Positions 30,632-40,948 of a stretch of 64,000 bases of DNA are shown here, piece after piece. The first letter of the stretch is position 1, and the number at the start of each line of letters is the position of its first letter. Both the position numbers and the translations under genes were made by a program. The notes beneath the pieces are model-generated. The model was not told where the DNA came from. It made no database searches and saw nothing but the letters and a program-made list of their open reading frames with translations. The DNA is from Segatella copri. Lineage in GTDB: Bacteria; Bacteroidota; Bacteroidia; Bacteroidales; Bacteroidaceae. The stretch is taken from contig CAUFXJ010000010.1 in NCBI GenBank assembly GCA_959596915.1, forward strand, positions 34,740 to 98,739. Reading direction: 5' to 3'.

Positions 30632-31081
30632 TTATTTCTTCATCCGTCTGAATGCCTGCCGATGGAACCGTTCCTCTGCCTTGATGACACTGAACACCTT
30701 ATTAGGTGGCAAGATGGTCATAAATCTAGAATGATACTCTTGCTGCAACTGTTTCAGCTGAATATCCAACTCATCCTGTCTTCTGATAGCTTCGGCACAT
30801 GCCTCATTATCATTCGGATTCACATGACGGAATCGGCGCATTTCATCGAATATCATACGCATTTTCTTACCCATCTGTCTATATACCGGGAAGAATTTAG
30901 CAGCTTCTCTCGGCGTAAGACAGGCATTAGTCGTAATAAACTGTTCTAGTTCAGCCTGAAACCTTTTAGGATCAAATCCATCATGATGTTTTCTACCCTG
31001 AGGCTGTGAAGCAAGTGAAACCAGGCTAATCATCAGCATAGCTAAAAGCGCAAGAAACCTATGTTGCATTATCTTTCTCAT
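30632..31081 (-). CDS. secreted periplasmic helical protein (Spy/CpxP-like?) of the ECF module
   Basis: Signal peptide, basic/helical composition, operonic with the anti-sigma and ECF sigma genes. The functional call is weak. Confidence 0.35.
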   Translation of the reverse strand: MRKIMQHRFLALLAMLMISLVSLASQPQGRKHHDGFDPKRFQAELEQFITTNACLTPREAAKFFPVYRQMGKKMRMIFDEMRRFRHVNPNDNEACAEAIRRQDELDIQLKQLQQEYHSRFMTILPPNKVFSVIKAEERFHRQAFRRMKK

Positions 31082-31132
31082 ACCTTATCTTTTTTAAAAT
31101 CTTTATCTGTAGACAAAAAGAAATACCAACCA

Positions 31133-31531
31133 TTAATTTTCTGCAATCAGCGATGCATAGATAGTTTCATTATCCATCATCGTATAATCGGCCATCTCAT
31201 TAAAAGTAGCATCCTCATTATTATTCACAGCAGCTTTCTGAACCATATGGTCCACATGTGCCATAGCAGGCTTACTGCTTCCCGTATATTTCAGCGCCAA
31301 TACCGAACCACCTCCCATCACAGCCAAAACAGCAACAGCCGCCGCAATCTTTCGAATCGGCATACGCTGCCATAAGCTAGGCTGCATGTGAATGATGCGG
31401 GGTTCCTGCTCCGGCAAATTTGCCATCACCCTATCCGTCAGCTGGTCGAAATAACCAGCCGGCACCTGGAAATGGTTTTTCTTACCAAAACGGCTATTCA
31501 ATATATTGTCTTTTTTTAACATATTCCTCAT
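31133..31531 (-). CDS. putative anti-sigma factor (single-TM)
   Basis: ~130 aa, one TM helix (IAAAVAVLAVMGGG), immediately downstream of the ECF sigma gene. Confidence 0.5.
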   Translation of the reverse strand: MRNMLKKDNILNSRFGKKNHFQVPAGYFDQLTDRVMANLPEQEPRIIHMQPSLWQRMPIRKIAAAVAVLAVMGGGSVLALKYTGSSKPAMAHVDHMVQKAAVNNNEDATFNEMADYTMMDNETIYASLIAEN

Positions 31532-31579
31532 TCCTTTCTTTTATACTTTATTAAATAGACGAAAACTAACCGAAAAGGT

Positions 31580-32122
31580 TTAATCCTTACGATTGAAAAA
31601 ATCGGTTATTTTTTTCACTGCAAGATGATAGGAAGCTTTCAAAGCTCCTTCACTTGTTGACAGCACCTTGCTCATCTCTGAATATTTCATATTATCATAA
31701 TATTTTAGAGTGAAAACTGTGCGCTGAACATCGGGCAGTTGGGCTACAGCCTCTTGCAGTTCTGCCTGAATCTGGTCACCATCAAAATAGTCATCGGCAA
31801 GAAGACGTGAAGCCAAGCCCGGCTCGTCTTCGGTACTGACATTAACCATTTGTTTCTTGCGTCTCAAGAAATCAAGCGCTTCGTTAATTGCTATACGGTA
31901 AAGCCATGTTGAGAGCGAAGACTTTCCCTGAAACGAATCCAGATTGGTCCAAGCCTTAACAAAGGCATTCTGCAACACATCATCAGCATCATCATGATCT
32001 AAAACAATATGGCGAACCTTCCAATACAACGGCTCGCTATACTGACTTACCAGTACAGCAAAGCCTTCGCGTTGGGTCTTAGAATCCCTAATCATCGCCA
32101 AGAGTTCTTTATCGTTTATCAT
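31580..32122 (-). CDS. RNA polymerase ECF-type sigma-70 factor
   Basis: Sigma region 2 (..YRIAINEALDFLRRKK..) and region 4 HTH, ~180 aa. Confidence 0.85.
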   Translation of the reverse strand: MINDKELLAMIRDSKTQREGFAVLVSQYSEPLYWKVRHIVLDHDDADDVLQNAFVKAWTNLDSFQGKSSLSTWLYRIAINEALDFLRRKKQMVNVSTEDEPGLASRLLADDYFDGDQIQAELQEAVAQLPDVQRTVFTLKYYDNMKYSEMSKVLSTSEGALKASYHLAVKKITDFFNRKD

Positions 32123-32142
32123 TGCTTTTACAAATGTGTTGT

Positions 32143-33696
32143 TTATAGATATTTTCTCAACATATCGAATATTACCGCATCAAATCCATACACATCAGAA
32201 TATTCAGCTATTCTGCCTCCTGCTAACGGATAGAGTGTATAATAGGTTATGAAGAGAGGAACTTGAGGATTAACCTTTACGTTATTCACAACAAGTTTTT
32301 TATTGGCTAGCGAATCTGCTGTCATCGAATAGTATATCTTTTCCTTCAGTTTCTCGTTTTTGTCAGCCAATAGGAAGACAGCGAAATCGTACGGTTTTTC
32401 TATTCTGATACATCCATGCGATACTCCTCTATCCTCTTGTCCAAACACGCCCTTACTGTTAGTATCATGCAGGAAGACCGAGAAATTATTATCAAAACGG
32501 AAGATGATTCTTCCCAGAGCATTCCCCTTTCCGCCCCGCTGGGCGATGCCATAAGCACCAGAAATAAGCATAGATCGAGTTACTCTGTTTAAGTCAACCT
32601 CCTTACCTGTTGCCACTTCCCTTACATAGTAGTTACGCGCGCGAAAGTAGCCATGATTGCCCACCCGGTGTATCATATCATGGAGAACGATACTACGGGG
32701 AACAAACCATTGAGGATTCAACTCCATACGTTTGATATGACTGTTCAATATCGGGGTTTTGGTTTTACTGGCTCCACATCCTATGCGCATCGAGAGCGTA
32801 TCCTGATGATCAATAGCCATCAGATGGAACGATGGTATATTGACAACCACATATTTTTCGTGTTGCCAGGGATTATCATACTGTCTCCAGCGGCAACGTT
32901 CCATGTTGCAGAGAATTTTGATTTTCATCGCCTTGCCCAGTCCTCCAGCCTTCAATTTCTCCAGCAGTTGATAATAGAAAGGATTCTTAGGCTGTACTTC
33001 TTTCAGGAAGGAAGCCACCGAGTCGCATCTAACCATTTGCATAGCCTTCTGATAGAACGCATCATCTGCATGAGCCATTTTTACATCAAACAGACCTCTG
33101 AACCTAACGGGTCTCTTGACACTATCATAAGGATTGGGAGCAAGAGTATCTAAACGATTGAAAACAAAACTAGGATTCATAAATCCAAAATTCTGCCCCA
33201 TCGTATATCTGAAGTAAGCTTTGGTCAAGCGATACTCCAGTCGGGCTATCACTTGATTTATCTGATTATCAGCTGAATCTAGATTTAAATCTCGTAACCT
33301 ATCAATATCTCGGGCAATAGCATCCACATAGAACCGACGTTTATCAAATCCCATATCCGCTACGGAACGCAGGCAAGTCACCAGGGAGTCAGCCTGACTA
33401 TTTACCCCATGACGTGTAATCCAAAGCAGATTACCTTCATTCTGATAATAGCGACGGGTATGCAAATCAGCAGCATGTCGGTCTTTATCATTTCGCATGA
33501 TGCTGTCTATCAGATTCCTTACCGCCCTCGAATTGATAGCATAGGCAGAAGAACGTAAGTCCTGATAATCATCTAACGATAATTGGAAATTGCTGTTTGG
33601 CACCCTGTCGTGGCAAGAACAGAACATCAAACAGCAAGAAATGATAAGTAACGAAAAATGAAAGACTTTCACTTTCTGATTAAAGTTAAACGGCAT
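32143..33696 (-). CDS. L,D-transpeptidase family protein (YkuD catalytic domain)
   Basis: C-terminal catalytic motif HDT..SHGCIRI, an N-terminal signal/lipobox and ~517 aa. Confidence 0.75.
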   Translation of the reverse strand: MPFNFNQKVKVFHFSLLIISCCLMFCSCHDRVPNSNFQLSLDDYQDLRSSAYAINSRAVRNLIDSIMRNDKDRHAADLHTRRYYQNEGNLLWITRHGVNSQADSLVTCLRSVADMGFDKRRFYVDAIARDIDRLRDLNLDSADNQINQVIARLEYRLTKAYFRYTMGQNFGFMNPSFVFNRLDTLAPNPYDSVKRPVRFRGLFDVKMAHADDAFYQKAMQMVRCDSVASFLKEVQPKNPFYYQLLEKLKAGGLGKAMKIKILCNMERCRWRQYDNPWQHEKYVVVNIPSFHLMAIDHQDTLSMRIGCGASKTKTPILNSHIKRMELNPQWFVPRSIVLHDMIHRVGNHGYFRARNYYVREVATGKEVDLNRVTRSMLISGAYGIAQRGGKGNALGRIIFRFDNNFSVFLHDTNSKGVFGQEDRGVSHGCIRIEKPYDFAVFLLADKNEKLKEKIYYSMTADSLANKKLVVNNVKVNPQVPLFITYYTLYPLAGGRIAEYSDVYGFDAVIFDMLRKYL

Positions 33697-33717
33697 TCTA
33701 AGGCCTCTATAGTACTA

Positions 33718-34035
33718 TTAATGCTTTACGCAAATTTTGCGCGTAAAGGTATTCCCCACCTTTACAATATAGATACCATCAGCCAATGGCAAGTTTACGC
33801 GCTTGTCATTACCTTCTATGCGGAAGGTCTTGATAGTAACACCTGCCACATTATATATTCTCACCACTTGCCCGCTAGCGCCTGTGATATGCATCACGCC
33901 CCCAGCATAGTTCAAGTTGATATCTGCCACATCAAGGTCTGCCCATTCTATGTTTCCCTCGTTGGCCATAGCATCCGAAGGAACAGAAAGTGCTAACATT
34001 GCAATTGTCAATATTGAAAGTAAAGTCCGTTTCAT
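33718..34035 (-). CDS. small secreted protein consisting of signal peptide + T9SS-type C-terminal sorting domain-like region
   Basis: Signal peptide, then an ~80-aa beta-rich C-terminus ending ..DGIYIVKVGNTFTRKICVKH, resembling T9SS CTDs. Confidence 0.4.
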   Translation of the reverse strand: MKRTLLSILTIAMLALSVPSDAMANEGNIEWADLDVADINLNYAGGVMHITGASGQVVRIYNVAGVTIKTFRIEGNDKRVNLPLADGIYIVKVGNTFTRKICVKH

Positions 34036-34198
34036 ATATTTTCAAGTTTCGTTAAACCAATAGTTCTTTCTGCAAAGATATATAAAAAAAAGGAAACTTA
34101 CCGTCTTCCCGACGATAAGTTTCCCAAAAATTAGCTTTTTTAACCTTTCAGAGGAAAAAAGAAGCCAATTCACATTATTTTCTAAAACAACCAACACT

Positions 34199-35242
34199 TT
34201 ACATGATGCCATCAGCGCGAAGTTTCTGCTGCCATTTCCAAGCAGAAGCCAACACATCTTCAAGCTTAGCCTCAGCCTTCCAGCCGAGTACCTTGTTCGC
34301 CTTGGTGCAATCACCCCAAATTTTCTCAATATCGCCCTCTCTTCGTGGACCATACTTCCAATTCAGTTTCACACCTGTAGCTTTTTCAAAAGTCTCAACA
34401 ATTTCGAGTGTTGAGTTTCCATTACCTGTACCGATATTGAAATATTCGATAGGCTCAGTCTCCTTATCAAGAACACGTGCCATAGCAGCTACATGTGCCT
34501 TAGCCAAGTCTACAACATAAATATAGTCGCGGATACAGGTTCCATCAGGAGTATCATAATCATTACCAAAGATAGTGAGTTCCTTGCGGATACCCATAGC
34601 TGTCTGAGTAACGTATGGAATCAGATTGTTTGGCACACCATTTGGCAACTCACCAATCTCAGCAGAAGGATGTGCACCTATAGGATTGAAATATCTCAAT
34701 ACAATGCTCTTGATGGCTGCACCACTATGGATATAATCAGCTATGATCTGCTCATTAATCTCCTTAGTATTGCCATAAGGTGAAGTAGCCTTCTGATGAG
34801 GAGCCTCTTCTGTTACAGGCAAATTCTCAGGCTTCGGCTGACCATAAACGGTACAAGAAGAAGAGAAGATGATACCCTTTACCTGATACTTTGGCATAAG
34901 TTCCAGGAGATTGATGAGCGATACGATATTGTTGCGATAATACAACAATGGTTTCTGTACGCTCTCGCCTACTGCCTTGCTTGCAGCAAAGTGAATGATA
35001 CCCTTAATATCAGGATATTTCTGGAATACTGCCTCGGTAGCAGCCTTGTCGCGCAAGTCAACCTGTTCAAAAGCAGGGCGGATACCAGTAATCTTTTCGA
35101 TACCATCGAGTACTTCAATCTTTGAGTTTGAGAGATTATCTACGATAACAACATTGTAGCCTGCCTGCTGCAACTCTACTGTAGTATGGCTACCTATGAA
35201 GCCTGTACCACCTGTAACAAGAATAGTTTGTTTCATAATCAA
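34199..35242 (-). CDS. galE: UDP-glucose 4-epimerase
   Basis: N-terminal TGGTGFIGSH Rossmann motif, catalytic YxxxK, ~340 aa. Confidence 0.9.
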   Translation of the reverse strand: MIMKQTILVTGGTGFIGSHTTVELQQAGYNVVIVDNLSNSKIEVLDGIEKITGIRPAFEQVDLRDKAATEAVFQKYPDIKGIIHFAASKAVGESVQKPLLYYRNNIVSLINLLELMPKYQVKGIIFSSSCTVYGQPKPENLPVTEEAPHQKATSPYGNTKEINEQIIADYIHSGAAIKSIVLRYFNPIGAHPSAEIGELPNGVPNNLIPYVTQTAMGIRKELTIFGNDYDTPDGTCIRDYIYVVDLAKAHVAAMARVLDKETEPIEYFNIGTGNGNSTLEIVETFEKATGVKLNWKYGPRREGDIEKIWGDCTKANKVLGWKAEAKLEDVLASAWKWQQKLRADGIM

Positions 35243-35401
35243 ATATAGTTAGTTTGAAGAATTATTATATTTCTTCTGCAAAAGTACTGCAAAAATCTGA
35301 AAAAGCAGAAAGATTTTTCAAAAAAAATACTTTTTTCCTTTGTTTTATCTATTATTTATACTATCTTTGCAAAAGATAAATAGTAAAAAGGCTCTAAGAA
35401 A

Positions 35402-37402
35402 ATGGAAAAAAACATGAAACATTATAATATAGAACAAGACATGAGATATTTGCAGTTGCTCTCTCAGTCGTTCCCTACTATAGCAGAGGCGAGCACCGAG
35501 ATTATCAACCTGCAAGCCATCCTCAACCTGCCAAAGGGTACCGAGCATTTTCTTGCCGACATCCATGGTGAGTATGAGGCCTTCCTGCATGTACTGAAAA
35601 ATGCATCAGGAAATATCAAGCGTAAGGTGAACGAACTCTTTGGCAATACCCTTCGCGAACAGGAGAAGCGAGAACTCTGCTCTCTTATTTACTATCCTGA
35701 GCAGAAACTGGAACTCGTCAAGCAGAACGAACCCGACATCAACGACTGGTATCACATCACCCTGCACCAGTTGGTGGCTGTATGCCGTGATGTTTCCAGC
35801 AAATATACCCGAAGCAAGGTGCGCAAATCGCTGCCATGCGATTTCTCGTATATTATCCAGGAGCTTTTGCACGAGCATACTGAAGATCATGACAAGACAG
35901 CCTATGTCAATGTTATTGTTGATACGATTATCAGCACAGGCAGAGCCGATGATTTCATCATCGCTATAGCCAACGTCATCCAGCGCCTGGCTATCGACCA
36001 GCTCCATATTCTGGGCGATATCTACGATAGAGGTCCAGGAGCCCACATCATCTTGGACAAGATGCGCCGCTACCACAGTTGGGACATCCAGTGGGGTAAT
36101 CACGATGTACTATGGATGGGAGCAGCTGCCGGCAATGATGCCTGCATCTGTAATGTGATACGTCTCTCCCTGCGATACGCCAACCTCTCGACATTGGAAG
36201 AAGGCTATGGCATCAACCTCGTACCACTCGCTACTTTTGCGATGGAAACCTACAAGGAGGATGATTGCAAAGAATTTCTGCCTAAGCTCAGCGGAGGTGC
36301 AGCAGCAATGGATGAAAAGACTCAGCGGCTCACCTCTCAGATGCACAAGGCTATAGCTGTCATCCAGTTTAAATTAGAGAGCCAGCTTTTCAAGAAGCAT
36401 CCGGAATGGAAGATGAAAGACCGTTGTCTTTTTGACCATATCGATTACAGGAAAGGCAAGGTAGAGATTGACGGAAAAGAGTATGACATGACCTCATGCC
36501 ACTTCCCTACCATCGATCCGGACAATCCAGACAAGCTATCTGAAGAAGAGAAAATTCTGATTCAGAAACTGCATCATTCGTTTATGGTCTGCGAGAAGCT
36601 GCACAAGCATATCAACGTTATGCTGCAGCATGGTTGCATGTATGCTATCTTCAACAACAACCTGCTTTTCCATGCTTCCTGTCCGCTCAACGAAGATGGT
36701 TCATTAAAAGAGGTAGAAATATATCCTGGCAAGAAATTCAGCGGCAGAGCCCTGATGCATCATACGGGCATGCAGATACGCACAGCTTTCCAATCAGATT
36801 CTGATCCGAATGAAAAGGAATATGCCATCGATTATTTCATCTACCTATGGTGCGGTCCTGACAGTCCGCTCTTCGACAAGAGTAAGATGGCCACCTTCGA
36901 GCGCTATTTCATTACTGATAAGGAGACTCATAAAGAAGAGAAGGGATACTACTTCCTGTTGCGCGATAACGAACAGGTTATCGACCATATTATGGATGAG
37001 TTTGGGGTAACCGGTCCTAACCGCCATATCATCAATGGGCACGTGCCCGTTCGCACAACCAAGGGCGAGAACCCTATCAAGGCAAACGGCAAGCTGATGG
37101 TTATCGATGGAGGTTTCTCTAAAGCCTACCACAACGAGACTGGCATTGCCGGCTACACCTTAGTATATCACTCCCGCGGATTTCAGCTGGTCCAGCACGA
37201 GCCATTTACGAGTATGGAAGATGCCATCAAGCAAGGTACCGACATCAAGAGTACCACACAGATTGTAGAAATGTCGAACCGCCGAATGCTGGTAGCCGAC
37301 ACAGATATAGGTTGCGAACTCCGTAAGCAGATAGAAGACCTGAAGGAGCTTCTCTATGCTTACCGACATGGTTTCATCAAGGAATCAGAAAGGAAGAAGT
37401 AA
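35402..37402 (+). CDS. fbp: fructose-1,6-bisphosphatase class 3
   Basis: ~666 aa with metallophosphoesterase motifs (DIHGEYEAF, GDIYDRG, GNHD), typical of class-III FBPase. Confidence 0.85.
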   Translation: MEKNMKHYNIEQDMRYLQLLSQSFPTIAEASTEIINLQAILNLPKGTEHFLADIHGEYEAFLHVLKNASGNIKRKVNELFGNTLREQEKRELCSLIYYPEQKLELVKQNEPDINDWYHITLHQLVAVCRDVSSKYTRSKVRKSLPCDFSYIIQELLHEHTEDHDKTAYVNVIVDTIISTGRADDFIIAIANVIQRLAIDQLHILGDIYDRGPGAHIILDKMRRYHSWDIQWGNHDVLWMGAAAGNDACICNVIRLSLRYANLSTLEEGYGINLVPLATFAMETYKEDDCKEFLPKLSGGAAAMDEKTQRLTSQMHKAIAVIQFKLESQLFKKHPEWKMKDRCLFDHIDYRKGKVEIDGKEYDMTSCHFPTIDPDNPDKLSEEEKILIQKLHHSFMVCEKLHKHINVMLQHGCMYAIFNNNLLFHASCPLNEDGSLKEVEIYPGKKFSGRALMHHTGMQIRTAFQSDSDPNEKEYAIDYFIYLWCGPDSPLFDKSKMATFERYFITDKETHKEEKGYYFLLRDNEQVIDHIMDEFGVTGPNRHIINGHVPVRTTKGENPIKANGKLMVIDGGFSKAYHNETGIAGYTLVYHSRGFQLVQHEPFTSMEDAIKQGTDIKSTTQIVEMSNRRMLVADTDIGCELRKQIEDLKELLYAYRHGFIKESERKK

Positions 37403-37459
37403 GAAACCGAGCATACTACAAAAAAGCCCCCGGTGCTACATGCATCGAGGGCTTTTTTT

Positions 37460-37918
37460 TCAGAATTTTCTGAACCGCAATCTCAGGGTTTTACTCTTCA
37501 GTTGCATCTTACCTCCGGTCATTACCTCCTTGGCAAAATGCTCATTCAGATGATTGATGCCACAGCTACGCAAAGAATCATTCATTTCTGTTAAAAGCAC
37601 ATCGCCTCCATAATCTTCATGCCATTTATTACGATAAACAGATGTAATCAGCAAACTGTCGGAGGTTTGCTCAAAACGCAGATAAAATCCTCTACCAGCC
37701 TCGAAGCGATCATAATCAGCAACCTGAATCAACTTATACTGGCAGCCCCAGAACACGCGCTTATCTGCAAAGTTACAAGTACCCCCTGTAGCTAAAGTAT
37801 CTACCTGCTCCAGATGCCAGAAACCATCCAAATCACCATTCTGACTTGTTTCTACCTCACATGAGCTTAGAGTGAGCATCATAACAGCAAGGGAAAGCAC
37901 CCCTATTATCTTTTTCAT
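37460..37918 (-). CDS. lipocalin-like lipoprotein
   Basis: Lipobox LSSC, ~150 aa, beta-rich. Confidence 0.45.
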   Translation of the reverse strand: MKKIIGVLSLAVMMLTLSSCEVETSQNGDLDGFWHLEQVDTLATGGTCNFADKRVFWGCQYKLIQVADYDRFEAGRGFYLRFEQTSDSLLITSVYRNKWHEDYGGDVLLTEMNDSLRSCGINHLNEHFAKEVMTGGKMQLKSKTLRLRFRKF

Positions 37919-37938
37919 ATTTTCTATCTTATCGATTA

Positions 37939-39519
37939 TTATTTTCTTTTCGTCAGCAAACCTCTTTTGCTGATGGTTATCTGCATACCGGCATTATGTC
38001 CCAGCATCTTTTCGCTACCGAAATCCATCGCATAGCCTGCCTTCAATTGCCATTGATGCGGGAAATCGTAATGACCCTCTACCAGAAAACTTACATTATG
38101 ATGCTTTTTTGTAAACGGGTTGCTATATGTACCCCAACCTTTCTGATAGGTGCCTAATATACGATAGCCCAACCGCTGTGTAGGCTGACCATCAAAACCC
38201 AGATGATAGGCTATGAAACGGTTGTTTCTGATATCAATATATCCGTCGTTATTATAAATAGGCGAACGGTAGAGTGGATTTCCTATCACCTGGCCCCAAT
38301 GCTGCCATCCAGGATAGATGCTGTGGTTATAATAATCATCAGTACCCGCTATATGGTCTGCGATACCCGATGTACGGTCATGATTGTACGGACCACTCTG
38401 ATATTTGGTATAGAGATACTCCAGCACCACATTTTTCAGCCAGCGTGAATACTTCAGATTCAGTTCGAAGCCCAGCATGATATCTTTCAGCGAATACATG
38501 AAGAAACGGCGTTTTACTTTCTTATTCCAGTCTGCGCCCTCACCATATCCATTATAGTCGAGGAGAAACATCTGGCTGTGATCTTCGAAATAATGATCGG
38601 CATAGATGGCAGCTTTCCAACTGTCAGTGTCATAATTGATACGCATCAGCCAACTGCCCAACTGGTTGCCGGCAACATTGGCATAAGCCCCTTCACCTGC
38701 ATCAGAGCCCGTTGCCGACAGCGCATGCCAGAAGCCTTTCAGATTTTTCTCGGTAGGAATCTGTACCATACTGTCACCTATTGGACGATATGCATTGCCA
38801 CCAAACTGAGCAACCATTTCCAAGCCCATTTCTATGCTGAGCGGACAGAAAGCATTCTCGTTTCCGATACGCAAGAAACCAGCCTTGCTGTGATAGAGCA
38901 TGTGGTCACAATATTTAGTCTGCCGTTTCGTAAAATCATGCTGCCAGCCATCATCCGTAGTCATACCATAAGCCAGATGACCTTTCAGTTGCAGCCAGCC
39001 TCTACCAAACGGAAGCGTCCAATATTCAGGAAGCGCCAGACGAACCTGAGGTATCGGACGGGCATTGATACCCAGACACTGGCTACCACTGGAGAGCGAC
39101 TGGTTTTTCAGCTCCATCGGATATTCCTTGGCACCTGCAGTCAGCACACCATAAAGCCAGCGGGCCTCCACATAAGCCTGCTGCACCACTACATGGCTGG
39201 TATAGTTTACCGGTACTGCCACATCTACTCCATATCCTACAGCCCAGCGGCGAGCAGAATCTGCAGAAAGCGGACGAACCAGACTACCTCTGAGATAGCC
39301 GTTATTCTTCTCTAAAGAACTTAATCCATGTTTGTTTGCGTTAAGCCACAATGGGGTTTTACCTTTCGAAAACGACCCTTGCATCTCAACACCATATTGT
39401 ATATCTTCCCGAAGATCTATCTTCTCCGTGCCATCCCCCTCTTGCCACATATACTGTGCCATAGATGGGGCTCCCAGACTGCAAAGGGCAAAACATACAC
39501 CTACCTTTATCTTATTCAT
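37939..39519 (-). CDS. outer-membrane beta-barrel protein, possibly capsule assembly Wzi family
   Basis: Signal peptide, aromatic-rich beta-strand periodicity, ~526 aa. The Wzi call rests on recollection of family composition and length only. Confidence 0.4.
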   Translation of the reverse strand: MNKIKVGVCFALCSLGAPSMAQYMWQEGDGTEKIDLREDIQYGVEMQGSFSKGKTPLWLNANKHGLSSLEKNNGYLRGSLVRPLSADSARRWAVGYGVDVAVPVNYTSHVVVQQAYVEARWLYGVLTAGAKEYPMELKNQSLSSGSQCLGINARPIPQVRLALPEYWTLPFGRGWLQLKGHLAYGMTTDDGWQHDFTKRQTKYCDHMLYHSKAGFLRIGNENAFCPLSIEMGLEMVAQFGGNAYRPIGDSMVQIPTEKNLKGFWHALSATGSDAGEGAYANVAGNQLGSWLMRINYDTDSWKAAIYADHYFEDHSQMFLLDYNGYGEGADWNKKVKRRFFMYSLKDIMLGFELNLKYSRWLKNVVLEYLYTKYQSGPYNHDRTSGIADHIAGTDDYYNHSIYPGWQHWGQVIGNPLYRSPIYNNDGYIDIRNNRFIAYHLGFDGQPTQRLGYRILGTYQKGWGTYSNPFTKKHHNVSFLVEGHYDFPHQWQLKAGYAMDFGSEKMLGHNAGMQITISKRGLLTKRK

Positions 39520-39655
39520 AATTAAATCTATACTTTCAAGATAAAAACGTAATTATCTCTATTATATTGTATATATTCAGAAAAATAAAAAAAAGAGCAA
39601 CACTTGCCTCTCATTTTTTGAGAACAAGCATTGCTCTTTTGATTGAATTATCGTT

Positions 39656-40930
39656 TTATCCGAAGTTATCGTACATGATGCTCTCAGGATCAACTCCGAG
39701 AGAATCCAGATAATCTGTTACGGTCTTGATCAGCATTGGAGGTCCGCAGAGATAGTACTCGCAATCCTCTGGTGCCTCATGATCCTTCAAGTAGGTATCA
39801 CGGATGCAGTTAACAGCAAATCCCTCGTAGTACTTCACGCCCTGAGCATCTGCCACTGGGTCCTTGCGGTCCAATGAAAGATGGAAGTGGAAGTTAGGGA
39901 ATTCCTTCTCAAGCTCCCAGAAGTCTTCCAGGAAGAATGCCTCACCCAACGCACGAGCACCATAGAAGAAATGTAACTCACGGTCGGTAGTGTGCAAAGT
40001 CTTGGTCATGTGCATGATCTGAGCACGCAATGGAGCCATACCGGCACCACCACCAATCCAGATCATCTCCTTGCCAGAAGTGAAGTTAGGATGGAAGTCG
40101 CCGTAAGGACCACTCATCATTACCTTGTCGCCTGGCTTCAATGAGAAGATGTAAGAAGAAGCAATACCTGTTGGTACGTTCTGGAAACCTACCTGTGGAC
40201 GTGGCAAGAATGGAGTTGTGGCGATACGTACGGTCAGAGTGATGATGTCACCCTCGTCAGGATAGTTCGCCATAGAGTAAGCACGAACGGTAGGCTCTGG
40301 ATTGTGAGCCTTGAGAGAGAAGATGTTGAACTTCTTCCATGCTCCGATGTACTCCTCGCCAATGAGATCCTTGTCGAAATCCTTGTCGTAATCGATGCAG
40401 TCGTATGCAGGAATCTTGATCTGAGCGTAAGAACCCGGAACGAAGTCCATGTGCTCGCCTGGAGGCAATGCCACCTTGAACTCCTTGATGAATGATGAAA
40501 CGTTCTTGTTGGAGATAACCTCGCACTCCCACTCTTTCACGCCCATCACGCTCTCAGGCACCTTGATCTTCAGGTCGCCCTTCACCTTGCACTGGCATCC
40601 CAGACGCCAGTGGTCCTTAATCTGCTTGCGGGTGAAGTGAGGCTTCTCAGAATCGAGAATCTCGCCGCCGCCTTCGAGCACCTGAACCTTACACTGGCCG
40701 CAGCTTGCCTTACCGCCACAGGCAGAAGGCAGGAAGATGCCGTTCTCATTCAGCGTAGTCATCAAACTGCTGCCCTGAGGCACGTTGATGGTCTTGTCGC
40801 CATTGATTTCGATATTTACATTTCCGCTAGGGCTCAGATACTTCTTAGCCACGAGCAGGATGATAACCAGCAGGAGAATCACCACGAGGAAAACTCCGAT
40901 ACTAGCCAATATAAATGATGTATTACCCAT
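39656..40930 (-). CDS. nqrF: Na+-translocating NADH-quinone reductase subunit F
   Basis: N-terminal TM, 2Fe-2S ferredoxin cysteines (C..C..C..C) and FAD/NAD-binding domains. Confidence 0.9.
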   Translation of the reverse strand: MGNTSFILASIGVFLVVILLLVIILLVAKKYLSPSGNVNIEINGDKTINVPQGSSLMTTLNENGIFLPSACGGKASCGQCKVQVLEGGGEILDSEKPHFTRKQIKDHWRLGCQCKVKGDLKIKVPESVMGVKEWECEVISNKNVSSFIKEFKVALPPGEHMDFVPGSYAQIKIPAYDCIDYDKDFDKDLIGEEYIGAWKKFNIFSLKAHNPEPTVRAYSMANYPDEGDIITLTVRIATTPFLPRPQVGFQNVPTGIASSYIFSLKPGDKVMMSGPYGDFHPNFTSGKEMIWIGGGAGMAPLRAQIMHMTKTLHTTDRELHFFYGARALGEAFFLEDFWELEKEFPNFHFHLSLDRKDPVADAQGVKYYEGFAVNCIRDTYLKDHEAPEDCEYYLCGPPMLIKTVTDYLDSLGVDPESIMYDNFG

Positions 40931-40948
40931 ATCTATAGTCCTCCTATT

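Noticed and set aside
34042-34353. 103-aa minus ORF overlapping galE 3' end
   Set aside because: Overlaps galE out of frame. Likely spurious.
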